Below are positions 1-9,748 of a stretch of 64,000 nt of DNA, piece after piece. The position numbers and the translations under genes were made by a program. Below the pieces are notes generated by a model, which saw only the letters and a program-made list of their open reading frames with translations, did no database searches and was not told the DNA's origin. The stretch's first letter is position 1. The number at the start of each line of letters is the position of its first letter. The stretch comes from Opitutaceae bacterium (GTDB taxonomy: Bacteria > Verrucomicrobiota > Verrucomicrobiia > Opitutales > Opitutaceae): positions 3,232-67,231 of the forward strand of contig JAGOJU010000016.1 of the NCBI GenBank assembly GCA_017994935.1, written 5' to 3'.

Positions 1-102
1 TTCGCTGTTGGAAACCATGACGAGAACGACGACTGCAAGGCAGCCAGGCGCTGGCGCCGTAGATGAGGGTGGTAGTCGATACGTCCGTCTGGTCTTCAGC
101 AT
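1..102 (-). CDS. Partial ORF, N-terminus only (continues past left edge); unknown protein with hydrophobic anchor
   Basis: ATG at 102 on the minus strand translates MLKTRRTYRLPPSSTAPAPGCLAVVVLVMVSNSE and stays open to position 1. It is on the same strand as the Hpt gene and 70 nt downstream of it, so it is plausibly the next gene of that operon. Too short to assign. Confidence 0.25.
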   Translation of the reverse strand, partial: MLKTRRTYRLPPSSTAPAPGCLAVVVLVMVSNSE

Positions 103-171
103 TTCTCAAATCATATTCCGCTTCGATTGCTGACACCCTGACGCTTTCGCGTTCTGGCGCGGTGAGGTTGT

Positions 172-537
172 CTATCCGAGCTGTTCGAGCTCCGATTTTG
201 TGGCGGCGAAGGTGGCCTCGAGCTCCGTAATTCCTTGGGCAAAGTTTGCCAGCGGCTGGCTCTTTGAATCGTGCTCGAGATGTTCGGCGAGGGAGCGTAG
301 TCTGGCTGCTCCGAGATTGCTGGAACTGCCCTTGATGCTGTGTGCGGCACGGGAGAATCCATCGACGTCGCCGTTTGCCATGGTCGTGCGCAATTCGGCG
401 ATGCGCGCGGGTGTATCCTCGATGAAGATTCCGATGATCTCCTTGAGGAAGGAACTGTCATCGGGATTGATAGCCCGCAGGTTCTCGATCGCCTCAGCGT
501 CGATGATGGGCTCGCTGGAACTCGAATTGGAGGACAT
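172..537 (-). CDS. Histidine phosphotransfer (Hpt) domain protein, 121 aa
   Basis: Hpt signature around the phospho-accepting His (AAHSIKGSSSNLGAARL). ATG at 537. Lies 24 nt downstream of the ATPase gene on the same strand. Confidence 0.8.
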   Translation of the reverse strand: MSSNSSSSEPIIDAEAIENLRAINPDDSSFLKEIIGIFIEDTPARIAELRTTMANGDVDGFSRAAHSIKGSSSNLGAARLRSLAEHLEHDSKSQPLANFAQGITELEATFAATKSELEQLG

Positions 538-561
538 GATCCAATTATTGGGGCCCTTGGC

Positions 562-2248
<1,687 letters not shown>

Positions 2249-2268
<20 letters not shown>

Positions 2269-2464
2269 GACGTTTTTGTCTGTCCTGGAAAAGTTTTCCG
2301 ATCTCGAACTGATTGAGGCGTTCCATGGCGAACGAGCCGGTGGTGCGCTCGAGGCGCAATTCGGCAAGCAGTTCCGGAAGGGAGTACCGCACTTCGGCGA
2401 GTGCCATGACATCGGGCGGCCCATCCGGTGGGCTGGATTGCGGTGTCGGGGTGGATTGACTCAT
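2249..2464 (-). CDS. Small hypothetical protein, 71 aa (Pro/Ser-rich N-terminus, basic C-terminus)
   Basis: ATG at 2464 gives MSQSTPTPQSSPPDGPPDVMALAEVRYSLPELLAELRLERTTGSFAMERLNQFEIGKLFQDRQKRRAKPKR. It fills the gap between the CheY and ATPase genes on the same strand. Its TAG (2249-2251) overlaps the proposed GTG start of the ATPase by about 20 nt. No recognisable family. Confidence 0.4.
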
Positions 2465-2507
2465 GGCTTGGGATTGGGGACCCGGGATTCGCGGACTCAC
2501 GAACCTG

Positions 2508-2915
2508 TCACGCTTGCGTTCCGCTTTCGCCTTCGTGACCAAAAATGGCCTGCAGGGTGTCGCGCAGGCGCGCGGCAATTTCCTCCCTGGGAGTGTCCTT
2601 GCGCAGGTAGTTGGACGCGCCGAGTTCGAGCGATTCCTCGACCGTTTGACGATTTGCGAGAGATGTCAGCATGATGACGACCGCGTCGGGATCCATCTTC
2701 TTCAACTCGCGCAGGGTCCCGATGCCGTCCAGCAGGGGCATGTTCACATCGAGCAGGACGAGGTCCGGACGTTCGCGTTGGTAGATTTCGAGCGCCTCCG
2801 CGCCGTTCGAGGCTTCGAGCAGCGTCGGGCTTCCCAAGGTGCGGGCGATGAGGCCCACAAACTTCCTTACATGCGCCTCGTCGTCGACGAGGAGGATCTT
2901 GCCGTCAAATTTCAT
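2508..2915 (-). CDS. Single-domain response regulator (CheY-like receiver)
   Basis: Receiver motifs ILLVDDE, phospho-acceptor region DLVLLDVNMPLLDG and the conserved K in YLRKD. The ATG at 2915 overlaps the upstream kinase stop (ATGA at 2912-2915). Confidence 0.9.
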   Translation of the reverse strand: MKFDGKILLVDDEAHVRKFVGLIARTLGSPTLLEASNGAEALEIYQRERPDLVLLDVNMPLLDGIGTLRELKKMDPDAVVIMLTSLANRQTVEESLELGASNYLRKDTPREEIAARLRDTLQAIFGHEGESGTQA

Positions 2916-4054
2916 GTTTCAATCGGTAGGATGACACTGAACTCACAACCACCTCCAGGCATGTTTTCGGCGGCGATTGTACCATTGTGTGCATCGACGA
3001 TGTTTCTGCAGATGGCAAGGCCAAGTCCGGTGCTCTTTTCTCCACCCGTCGGCTTCGCGGACAGCCGGCCGAAATCCTTGAAGAGTTTGCCGCGCTCGCC
3101 CTCAGGAATTCCAGGGCCTTGGTCACGGACGCCGAGTCGAACTCCATTTTCGTTCAGTGAGAGTTCAACCGAGACCGTTGAACCGGGGGGCGAATACTTC
3201 ACGGCGTTGCTAAGGAGATTGTCTATTACCTGACGGATCTTGGCCGGATCGAGTGGAAGCAGCGGCAGTTTGGGAACCGGAAGCAACGACAGCCGGGTTT
3301 TCTTCTTTGCCGCCTCCATGTTCATGAGATGCACAGATCTCTCCACCACATCGGCCAGAGCAGTTGGTTCGCGATGCATCTTGAGCTCACCGGATTCGAT
3401 GGTTGCGACATCGAGCAATTCGTTGACCATATCAAGCATTTGATGACTGGTTGTCCGGATGGTGTTGACTAGATCGAGCTGCTCGGGATTCAGGGAGCCC
3501 AGCATGGGGTCCTGAAGGAATTCTGCTAGTCCGCGAATTGATGCCAGAGGGTTGCGGAGATCGTGGGCGGCCATTCCCAGAAACCGGTTCTTTGCGGCGT
3601 TGGAGCGGCTCAGTTGATTGACGAGGCACCGCTGCTGCTCGTTAAGGATGCGATTGGTCAGGTGCATCTGGATCCGCGCGATGGCTTCATTTGCCCGAAA
3701 CGGCTTGGGAAGATAGTCCGCACCGCCCGCGCGAAATCCATTGACCACGTCGTCGGATTCGGACTTGGCCGTAATAAAAATGACTGGAGCGACAGAGTCA
3801 CCGTGAGCGGCCCGAAGCTTGCGGCAGGTATCGAACCCGTTTATGCCCTTCATGATGACATCCATCAGTACGAGGTCTGGCTGGAATTGGGCGTAGATCT
3901 CCAATGCGCGATCTCCGGAATCGGCCGCTGCCAGCTCATAGCCTTCGGCACTGAGAATGCCGGTCAGGATCCGGACATTGATTCGATCATCATCAACAAT
4001 TAGAATCTTCCGCCCGTGAAGTAGGGGGGGGGAATCATTGCTCGCAGATACCAT
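2912..4054 (-). CDS. Hybrid response regulator-histidine kinase (N-terminal REC, HisKA, HATPase_c)
   Basis: REC: KILIVDDD ... [15 protein letters not shown] ... KP. H-box [13 protein letters not shown]-binding boxes [15 protein letters not shown] and [14 protein letters not shown] at 4054 preferred ([10 protein letters not shown]...). The ORF is open to 4093. Confidence 0.9.
   Translation of the reverse strand: MVSASNDSPPLLHGRKILIVDDDRINVRILTGILSAEGYELAAADSGDRALEIYAQFQPDLVLMDVIMKGINGFDTCRKLRAAHGDSVAPVIFITAKSESDDVVNGFRAGGADYLPKPFRANEAIARIQMHLTNRILNEQQRCLVNQLSRSNAAKNRFLGMAAHDLRNPLASIRGLAEFLQDPMLGSLNPEQLDLVNTIRTTSHQMLDMVNELLDVATIESGELKMHREPTALADVVERSVHLMNMEAAKKKTRLSLLPVPKLPLLPLDPAKIRQVIDNLLSNAVKYSPPGSTVSVELSLNENGVRLGVRDQGPGIPEGERGKLFKDFGRLSAKPTGGEKSTGLGLAICRNIVDAHNGTIAAENMPGGGCEFSVILPIET
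4024..4032. repeat. G9/C9 homopolymer tract inside the first 10 codons of the hybrid kinase
   Basis: The plus strand reads gtag-ggggggggg-aatc. The coding strand reads GAT TCC CCC CCC CTA (D S P P L). It is the longest G/C run I found in the window. Confidence 0.95.
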
Positions 4055-4233
4055 GGACGCGTACGAGAGAATGGAATGAGGCGGGCTCCACAACAGTGCT
4101 TGGGATTCTGGCTGGACGCAGAAAATGGAGGCAATGGAAATTGCGACGGAGAGAACATATCAAAATATACGGATATGTTGATATTAGCCTTGAAGTAGAT
4201 CGAGTCGACGGGTTTTGTGGAGCAACTACGCCC

Positions 4234-5433
4234 ATGGCCAATTCCTTTGTTTTCTCCTCTGAGTCGGTTGGTGAAGGTCATCCTGACAAGGTAGCGGATC
4301 TGATTTCCGACAGCGTCCTCGATGCCTGTCTTGCGGTGGACAGGACGAGCCGCGTTGCCTGCGAAACGCTGGTGAAGTCAAATGCCGTTGTCGTGGCCGG
4401 AGAGATCACGATCCCGAAGCTCGGGTGCAGGCCGATCGACGCGGCCATCAACATCGACCGCGTGGTGCGCGACGCGATTCGCGAGATTGGCTACGTCAAC
4501 AACGACGACGTTTTCCATGCCGACAAGGTTTTCATCCACAATCTGCTGACCACGCAGTCGCCCGACATTGCACAGGGTGTGGATGCGCGCAAAGTGAAGG
4601 GCAAGCAGACCGCCGAGCAGGGGGCGGGCGACCAGGGTTTGATGTTTGGCTATGCCTGCAATGAAACGCCGGAATTGATGCCGACGCCGGTCATGTTTGC
4701 GCACCGGCTGGGACGTGAACTCACTGCCATTCGCAAATCAGGCAAAGTTCGCTGGCTCCGGCCGGATGCGAAGTCACAGGTGTCGGTCCGGTACCGGGAC
4801 GGCAAGCCGGTCGAAGTCGTGAACGTGGTGATTTCCACGCAGCACACCGAGGACGTGGATCATGCGGCGATTGAATCCTACCTGGTAAGGAATGTGATCC
4901 GAAAGGTGATTCCTGCGAAGCTGCTGAACTCCAGGACACAGTTTCTCATCAATCCCACGGGACGTTTCGTGGTGGGTGGACCGCAGGGCGACACCGGTCT
5001 CACCGGTCGTAAGATCATTGTGGATACCTACGGCGGCTGGGGGCGTCACGGCGGCGGTGCCTTCTCCGGCAAGGATCCCTCGAAGGTGGACCGCTCTGCC
5101 GCGTATATGGCGCGCTGGGTCGCCAAGACCATCGTGGCCTCGGGTCTTTCGGATATCGCGGAGCTTCAGCTCGCGTATGCCATCGGACATCCGAAGCCGG
5201 TCAGTGTCTTTGTCGACACTTTCGGCACAGGTACTGTGGACGATGAAGTGATCGCGCAGGCGGTGCAGGATGTTTTCAGTTTCAAGCCCGCCGACATCGT
5301 CAAACAGCTCGAGCTGCTGCGCCCGATTTACAGGCGGACCACCAACTACGGTCACTTCGGCAAGAAGGGCCTGCCCTGGGAGGCAACCGACAAGGCGAAG
5401 GCTCTGATCACCGCGGTCAGGCGCCGCGCATGA
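4234..5433 (+). CDS. metK: S-adenosylmethionine synthetase
   Basis: [26 protein letters not shown] and conserved MetK blocks throughout ([30 protein letters not shown]). ATG at 4234. The ORF-track start at 4096 adds a non-homologous extension. Confidence 0.95.
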   Translation: MANSFVFSSESVGEGHPDKVADLISDSVLDACLAVDRTSRVACETLVKSNAVVVAGEITIPKLGCRPIDAAINIDRVVRDAIREIGYVNNDDVFHADKVFIHNLLTTQSPDIAQGVDARKVKGKQTAEQGAGDQGLMFGYACNETPELMPTPVMFAHRLGRELTAIRKSGKVRWLRPDAKSQVSVRYRDGKPVEVVNVVISTQHTEDVDHAAIESYLVRNVIRKVIPAKLLNSRTQFLINPTGRFVVGGPQGDTGLTGRKIIVDTYGGWGRHGGGAFSGKDPSKVDRSAAYMARWVAKTIVASGLSDIAELQLAYAIGHPKPVSVFVDTFGTGTVDDEVIAQAVQDVFSFKPADIVKQLELLRPIYRRTTNYGHFGKKGLPWEATDKAKALITAVRRRA

Positions 5434-5476
5434 GTTTCTCAATTTCCATCCAATCACAGCACTTTCCCAATTCACC

Positions 5477-6910
5477 ATGTCATCCGTTCTAGCCAGGTCC
5501 GCATCAGGTCAGGATTTCAAAGTCAAAGACATCGCGCTGGCCGATTGGGGCAGGAAGGAAATCAACGTTGCCGAGCACGAGATGCCGGGACTGATTGCCC
5601 TGCGAAAGAAACATGGCGCAGCAAAGCCGCTAAAGGGCGTGCGCATCACCGGATCGCTGCACATGACGATCCAGACTGCGGTGCTCATCGAGACCCTGGT
5701 GGAACTCGGCGCCTCGGTGCGCTGGGCCTCGTGCAACATTTTCTCCACGCAGGACCATGCGGCCGCCGCCATCGCGAAAGCCGGCGTGCCCGTCTTCGCA
5801 TGGAAGGGAGAAACGCTCGAAGAGTATTGGGATCTCACGTGGAGGGCGCTGAGCCATCCCGAGGGCAGGGGCCCCCAGCTTGTGGTCGATGACGGTGGCG
5901 ATGTCACGCTCCTGCTCCACAAGGGATACGAACTCGAGAACGGATCGGACTGGGTGACGACGGCATCCGGTTCGCACGAGGAGCAGGTCATCAAGGATCT
6001 CCTCAGGAGGATTCACGCCGAGGACCCGCTTGTATTTTCACGCATGGTGAAGGAGTGGCGGGGTGTCTCGGAGGAAACCACAACGGGCGTGCACCGGCTG
6101 TATCAGCTGCACGAGAAAGGCAAACTCCTCGTGCCCGCGATCAACGTCAACGACTCGGTCACCAAGTCCAAATTCGACAATCTCTACGGATGCCGTGAAT
6201 CGCTGGCCGACGGCCTCAAGCGGGCAACGGACGTGATGATTGCGGGCAAGGTGGCCTGTGTGTGCGGCTACGGTGACGTCGGCAAGGGCTCGGCTCACTC
6301 CCTCCGCGGTTTTGGCGCCCGTGTCATCGTGACGGAGGTCGATCCCATCAATGCACTGCAGGCCGCGATGGAAGGGTTTGAGGTGAACACCGTCGAGAGC
6401 ACACTCGGCACAGCGGACATCTACGTCACCACAACGGGCAATCGTGACGTGATCACGCTCGAACACATTCAGCGGATGAAGGACCAGGCGATCATCTGCA
6501 ACATCGGCCATTTCGACAACGAGATCCAGGTCGACCGGCTGTACAAGTCTGCCGGCACGCGGCGCATCAACATCAAGCCGCAGTACGATCAGTTCGTCCT
6601 CGCGAATGGGCGCAGCATCTACCTTCTCGCGGAAGGCAGACTCGTGAACCTCGGATGTGCGACGGGCCATCCGTCGTTTGTGATGTCGAATTCCTTCACC
6701 AACCAGACGCTGGCCCAGCTGGATCTCTGGGAAAAACGCGACACCTACAAGGTCGGAGTCTATCGTCTGCCGAAGCATCTCGATGAAGAGGTGGCGCGCC
6801 TTCACCTCGAAAAGATTGGCGCCAGGCTGACCGTCCTCACCAAGGATCAGGCGGTCTATCTCGGAGTGCCGGTGCAGGGCCCCTACAAGCCCGAGCACTA
6901 CCGCTACTGA
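5477..6910 (+). CDS. ahcY: Adenosylhomocysteinase
   Basis: Typical AhcY sequence ([25 protein letters not shown]-binding [12 protein letters not shown]-terminal YRY). Lies 43 nt after metK, so probably a metK-ahcY operon. Confidence 0.95.
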   Translation: MSSVLARSASGQDFKVKDIALADWGRKEINVAEHEMPGLIALRKKHGAAKPLKGVRITGSLHMTIQTAVLIETLVELGASVRWASCNIFSTQDHAAAAIAKAGVPVFAWKGETLEEYWDLTWRALSHPEGRGPQLVVDDGGDVTLLLHKGYELENGSDWVTTASGSHEEQVIKDLLRRIHAEDPLVFSRMVKEWRGVSEETTTGVHRLYQLHEKGKLLVPAINVNDSVTKSKFDNLYGCRESLADGLKRATDVMIAGKVACVCGYGDVGKGSAHSLRGFGARVIVTEVDPINALQAAMEGFEVNTVESTLGTADIYVTTTGNRDVITLEHIQRMKDQAIICNIGHFDNEIQVDRLYKSAGTRRINIKPQYDQFVLANGRSIYLLAEGRLVNLGCATGHPSFVMSNSFTNQTLAQLDLWEKRDTYKVGVYRLPKHLDEEVARLHLEKIGARLTVLTKDQAVYLGVPVQGPYKPEHYRY

Positions 6911-6932
6911 GGCGAAACCCGACAACCTTTTC

Positions 6933-6970
6933 GAGACCCGCACCTGGATCAGGGGCGGGTCTCTTTTTTT
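6933..6970 (+). terminator. Rho-independent terminator after ahcY
   Basis: 9-bp GC-rich stem gagacccgc (6933-6941) / gcgggtctc (6955-6963), 13-nt loop, then T7 (6964-6970). Starts 23 nt after the ahcY stop. Confidence 0.85.
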
Positions 6971-7077
6971 GATACGGAGCATTTCCCGCGGGCGTCATTC
7001 TGCGCCGTGATGCGCCGGATGTCACTTTATAGCATTGATTTATATGACATTTAAGCAGTACGACAGTCTATACATTA

Positions 7078-8880
7078 GTGTACCACCTAACATACCAAAT
7101 TAATCTTGCGGAATCAGGTGTACCGACAGATGCTTTGGAGGTGATCTCCACTGTTGAGCCCTCCGCTCCCTCATCGCCGGCTGTTCCGGCAGCAAAGCCA
7201 TTTGCGGCCAATGAAGGTGCCAAACTTGCTTCAAACCTCCTGCGCGGGACGATTACCGAGGACCTCAAGGACACATCGACCGGGGCAATTTCCGACAACA
7301 GCAGCCTCCTCACCAAGTTTCACGGACTCTACCTGCAGGACGACCGGGATCAGCGCATTGCCCTGAAACGCGCGGGAAAGGAAAAGGCGTTTTCGTTCAT
7401 GCTGCGTGTGCGCCTTCCAGGAGGACGCTGCACCCCGCAGCAATGGCAGGTTCTCGACTCGCTCGCCGACAGGTTTGGCATCCAATCGCTGCGCTTGACG
7501 ACGCGGCAGACGTTTCAATTTCACGGAGTGCTCAAGGGAAATCTGAAGCCCCTGATCAAGGGAATGCACTCCGTGCTTCTGGATTCGATCGCAGCCTGTG
7601 GCGATGTGAATCGAAACGTGATGGCGCCGCCCAATCCCGAACGGAGCCCGGTGCTTCAGCAGGTGTACGAACAGGCGAGAGCCTGGAGCGAGTACGTCCT
7701 GCCAAAGACCCGCGCCTACCATGAAATCTGGCTCGACGAGGAAAAGGTTGCGGGTGGAGAGCCTGAAGTTGAGCCGATCTACGGAGCCACCTACCTGCCG
7801 CGCAAATTCAAGACCGGGTTTGCCGTACCGCCTTCAAACGACATCGATCTCTTTTCCCAGGATCTTGGATTCATCGCGATTGTCGAAAATGACCGGCTGA
7901 CGGGCTACAACGTCGCAATCGGTGGCGGCCAGGGAATGAGCCACGGCAATGTCGAAACCTACTCACGGCTTGCGGACGTCGTGGGTTTCATCACGCCCGA
8001 CCAGGTCAATGCCATCGGCCTCGCGGTGTTGACCACGCAGCGTGACCATGGCGACCGCACGAACCGCAAGCATGCGCGACTGAAGTATACGATCGATGAT
8101 CGTGGATTGGACTGGTTCAAGGCCGAGATCGAAAGGAGGTCGGGAGTGACGCTTGCCCCGGCCCGCCCCTATCGATTCACGACGGTACAGGACCCGTTCG
8201 GCTGGCATGCCTGCGGCGATGGCACCTGGTTCTACGGGCTGCATATCCTCAGCGGACGCATCAAGGATGCCCCCGGGTGGGAGATGAAGAAGGCGCTCCG
8301 GGAGATCGCCGGATTTCACACGGGCGATTTCAGACTGACGCCTTCGCAGAATCTCACGATCTCCGGGATCACCACCGAGGCCAGGGCGCGCATCGAGGAG
8401 GTATTGGCGCGGTACAATCTTGCTGCGGAGAATGTCCGTTCCGGCATCCGTTTGAACGCACTTTCCTGCGTGGCGCTGCCCAGTTGCGGACTTGCGCTCG
8501 CGGAAAGTGAACGGGCGCTGCCCGACCTGCTCGCACGATTTGAGACGATTCTCGAGGAGGCGGGCCTTCGTGATGATGCCATCAGTCTCCGGATCACGGG
8601 CTGCCCCAACGGTTGTGCGCGGCCGTACCTGGCCGAGATTGGATTTGTGGGCAAGGCGCCCGGAAAATATGCGATCTATCTCGGCGCCAAGTTCGAAGGA
8701 ACCCGCTTGAACCGTCTCTTTGCGGCGAGCCTCGCAGTCGATGATGCACTGGCCCAACTGACACCGATCATCAAGCGCTATGCGCTCGAGAGGGAAGCCG
8801 GTGAGCGTTTTGGCGACTGGTGCGACCGGGTCATTCTGCCGAAGGACGCCACCTTCCACTCGGTCGGAACCAAGGCATAA
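7078..8880 (+). CDS. cysI: Assimilatory sulfite reductase hemoprotein (CysI/Sir family, siroheme-4Fe4S)
   Basis: SNLLRGTITEDL ... FHGLYLQDDRD resembles the CysI N-terminus. Cluster-ligand cysteines in SCVALPSCG and TGCPNGCARPY. Start uncertain: GTG 7078 lies in an AT-rich stretch, and GTG 7141 is an alternative. Confidence 0.9.
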   Translation: MYHLTYQINLAESGVPTDALEVISTVEPSAPSSPAVPAAKPFAANEGAKLASNLLRGTITEDLKDTSTGAISDNSSLLTKFHGLYLQDDRDQRIALKRAGKEKAFSFMLRVRLPGGRCTPQQWQVLDSLADRFGIQSLRLTTRQTFQFHGVLKGNLKPLIKGMHSVLLDSIAACGDVNRNVMAPPNPERSPVLQQVYEQARAWSEYVLPKTRAYHEIWLDEEKVAGGEPEVEPIYGATYLPRKFKTGFAVPPSNDIDLFSQDLGFIAIVENDRLTGYNVAIGGGQGMSHGNVETYSRLADVVGFITPDQVNAIGLAVLTTQRDHGDRTNRKHARLKYTIDDRGLDWFKAEIERRSGVTLAPARPYRFTTVQDPFGWHACGDGTWFYGLHILSGRIKDAPGWEMKKALREIAGFHTGDFRLTPSQNLTISGITTEARARIEEVLARYNLAAENVRSGIRLNALSCVALPSCGLALAESERALPDLLARFETILEEAGLRDDAISLRITGCPNGCARPYLAEIGFVGKAPGKYAIYLGAKFEGTRLNRLFAASLAVDDALAQLTPIIKRYALEREAGERFGDWCDRVILPKDATFHSVGTKA

Positions 8881-8979
8881 AAGCGATTTGTCTGCGAAGG
8901 GCGCGCGGATTTGCCCGTGACAGAGAAATGCCCTTGCACTTTGCGGACAGCCTCTTTGCTTCTGGAGCCTGTCTGGACT

Positions 8980-9071
<92 letters not shown>

Positions 9072-9324
9072 GTCCCCTTTGCCCCAGTAACGGTCGATCC
9101 TGCCGTAGTGGCGCATGTATCCGGGATTCAGTACCAGCAAGCAACGGGCGCCCGAAAATTCAGCACTCTTCCGACGCAGCTACAGGCCTCGCCGGCCCAG
9201 TGCCCGGAGTATCCTGGGCATAGTCGGCATGGATCTGAATCCCCCCGCACTTCAAACTCTGCAGCGATTTCATGTGCAGTGAGGTATTTTTCGGGTCGTG
9301 GGCTCATGGTCGCTCGGCCCGGTT

Positions 9325-9627
9325 TCAGTGGACATAGATGTCCGGCAGATCCAACCAACCCACCGACCCGTCAGGCCGGTTCGATCGGACCTCCACGATC
9401 CGCCCTCCGGCCTGCGTGATCAGCTTTCGGAAATACTCGTCTGCGGTGAGATCGATGATCTTGAGCCAGTTGGACCGATTTTCGGGACGGAACCAGTCTG
9501 TAACGACCGCTTCAAGGGCTGGATTCCACCACTTCGCCTCGCGCAGTTCGTCAGAGTTTGGGCGGCCGGTATACGTCCAGATCTTCCCATTGATTTCGAA
9601 GCGGACGAATACGTCGGGTAGTTTCAT
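9325..9627 (-). CDS. Hypothetical protein, 100 aa
   Basis: ATG at 9627 is preceded by GGAGA 8 nt upstream. Sequence MKLPDVFVRFEINGKIWTYTGRPNSDELREAKWWNPALEAVVTDWF... looks like a soluble protein. No family recognised. Confidence 0.55.
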   Translation of the reverse strand: MKLPDVFVRFEINGKIWTYTGRPNSDELREAKWWNPALEAVVTDWFRPENRSNWLKIIDLTADEYFRKLITQAGGRIVEVRSNRPDGSVGWLDLPDIYVH

Positions 9628-9748
9628 GGTTTGAATCTCCTCACGAGCACGCCAGCCCTTCCGCCCCCCCGGTAGCGGGAGCATCCTGCTCAGATTCAGC
9701 CCGCATCAAATACACTTTTGCGGGAAGGAATCGATGCTGGATTGGCCG

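Noticed and set aside
4096-4233. Possible SAM or SAH riboswitch in the metK-ahcY leader
   Set aside because: I could not find SAM-I, SAM-II or SAH core motifs by eye. The region is AT-rich and looks like a plain divergent promoter. Only an Infernal scan could settle this.
9128-9307. 59-aa minus-strand ORF starting MSPRPEKYLTAHEIAAEFEV (HTH-like beginning)
   Set aside because: After about 20 residues the sequence becomes Cys/Gly-rich and non-protein-like. Frames shifted at the G6 run are no better. At most it is a decayed remnant, so it is not called as a gene.
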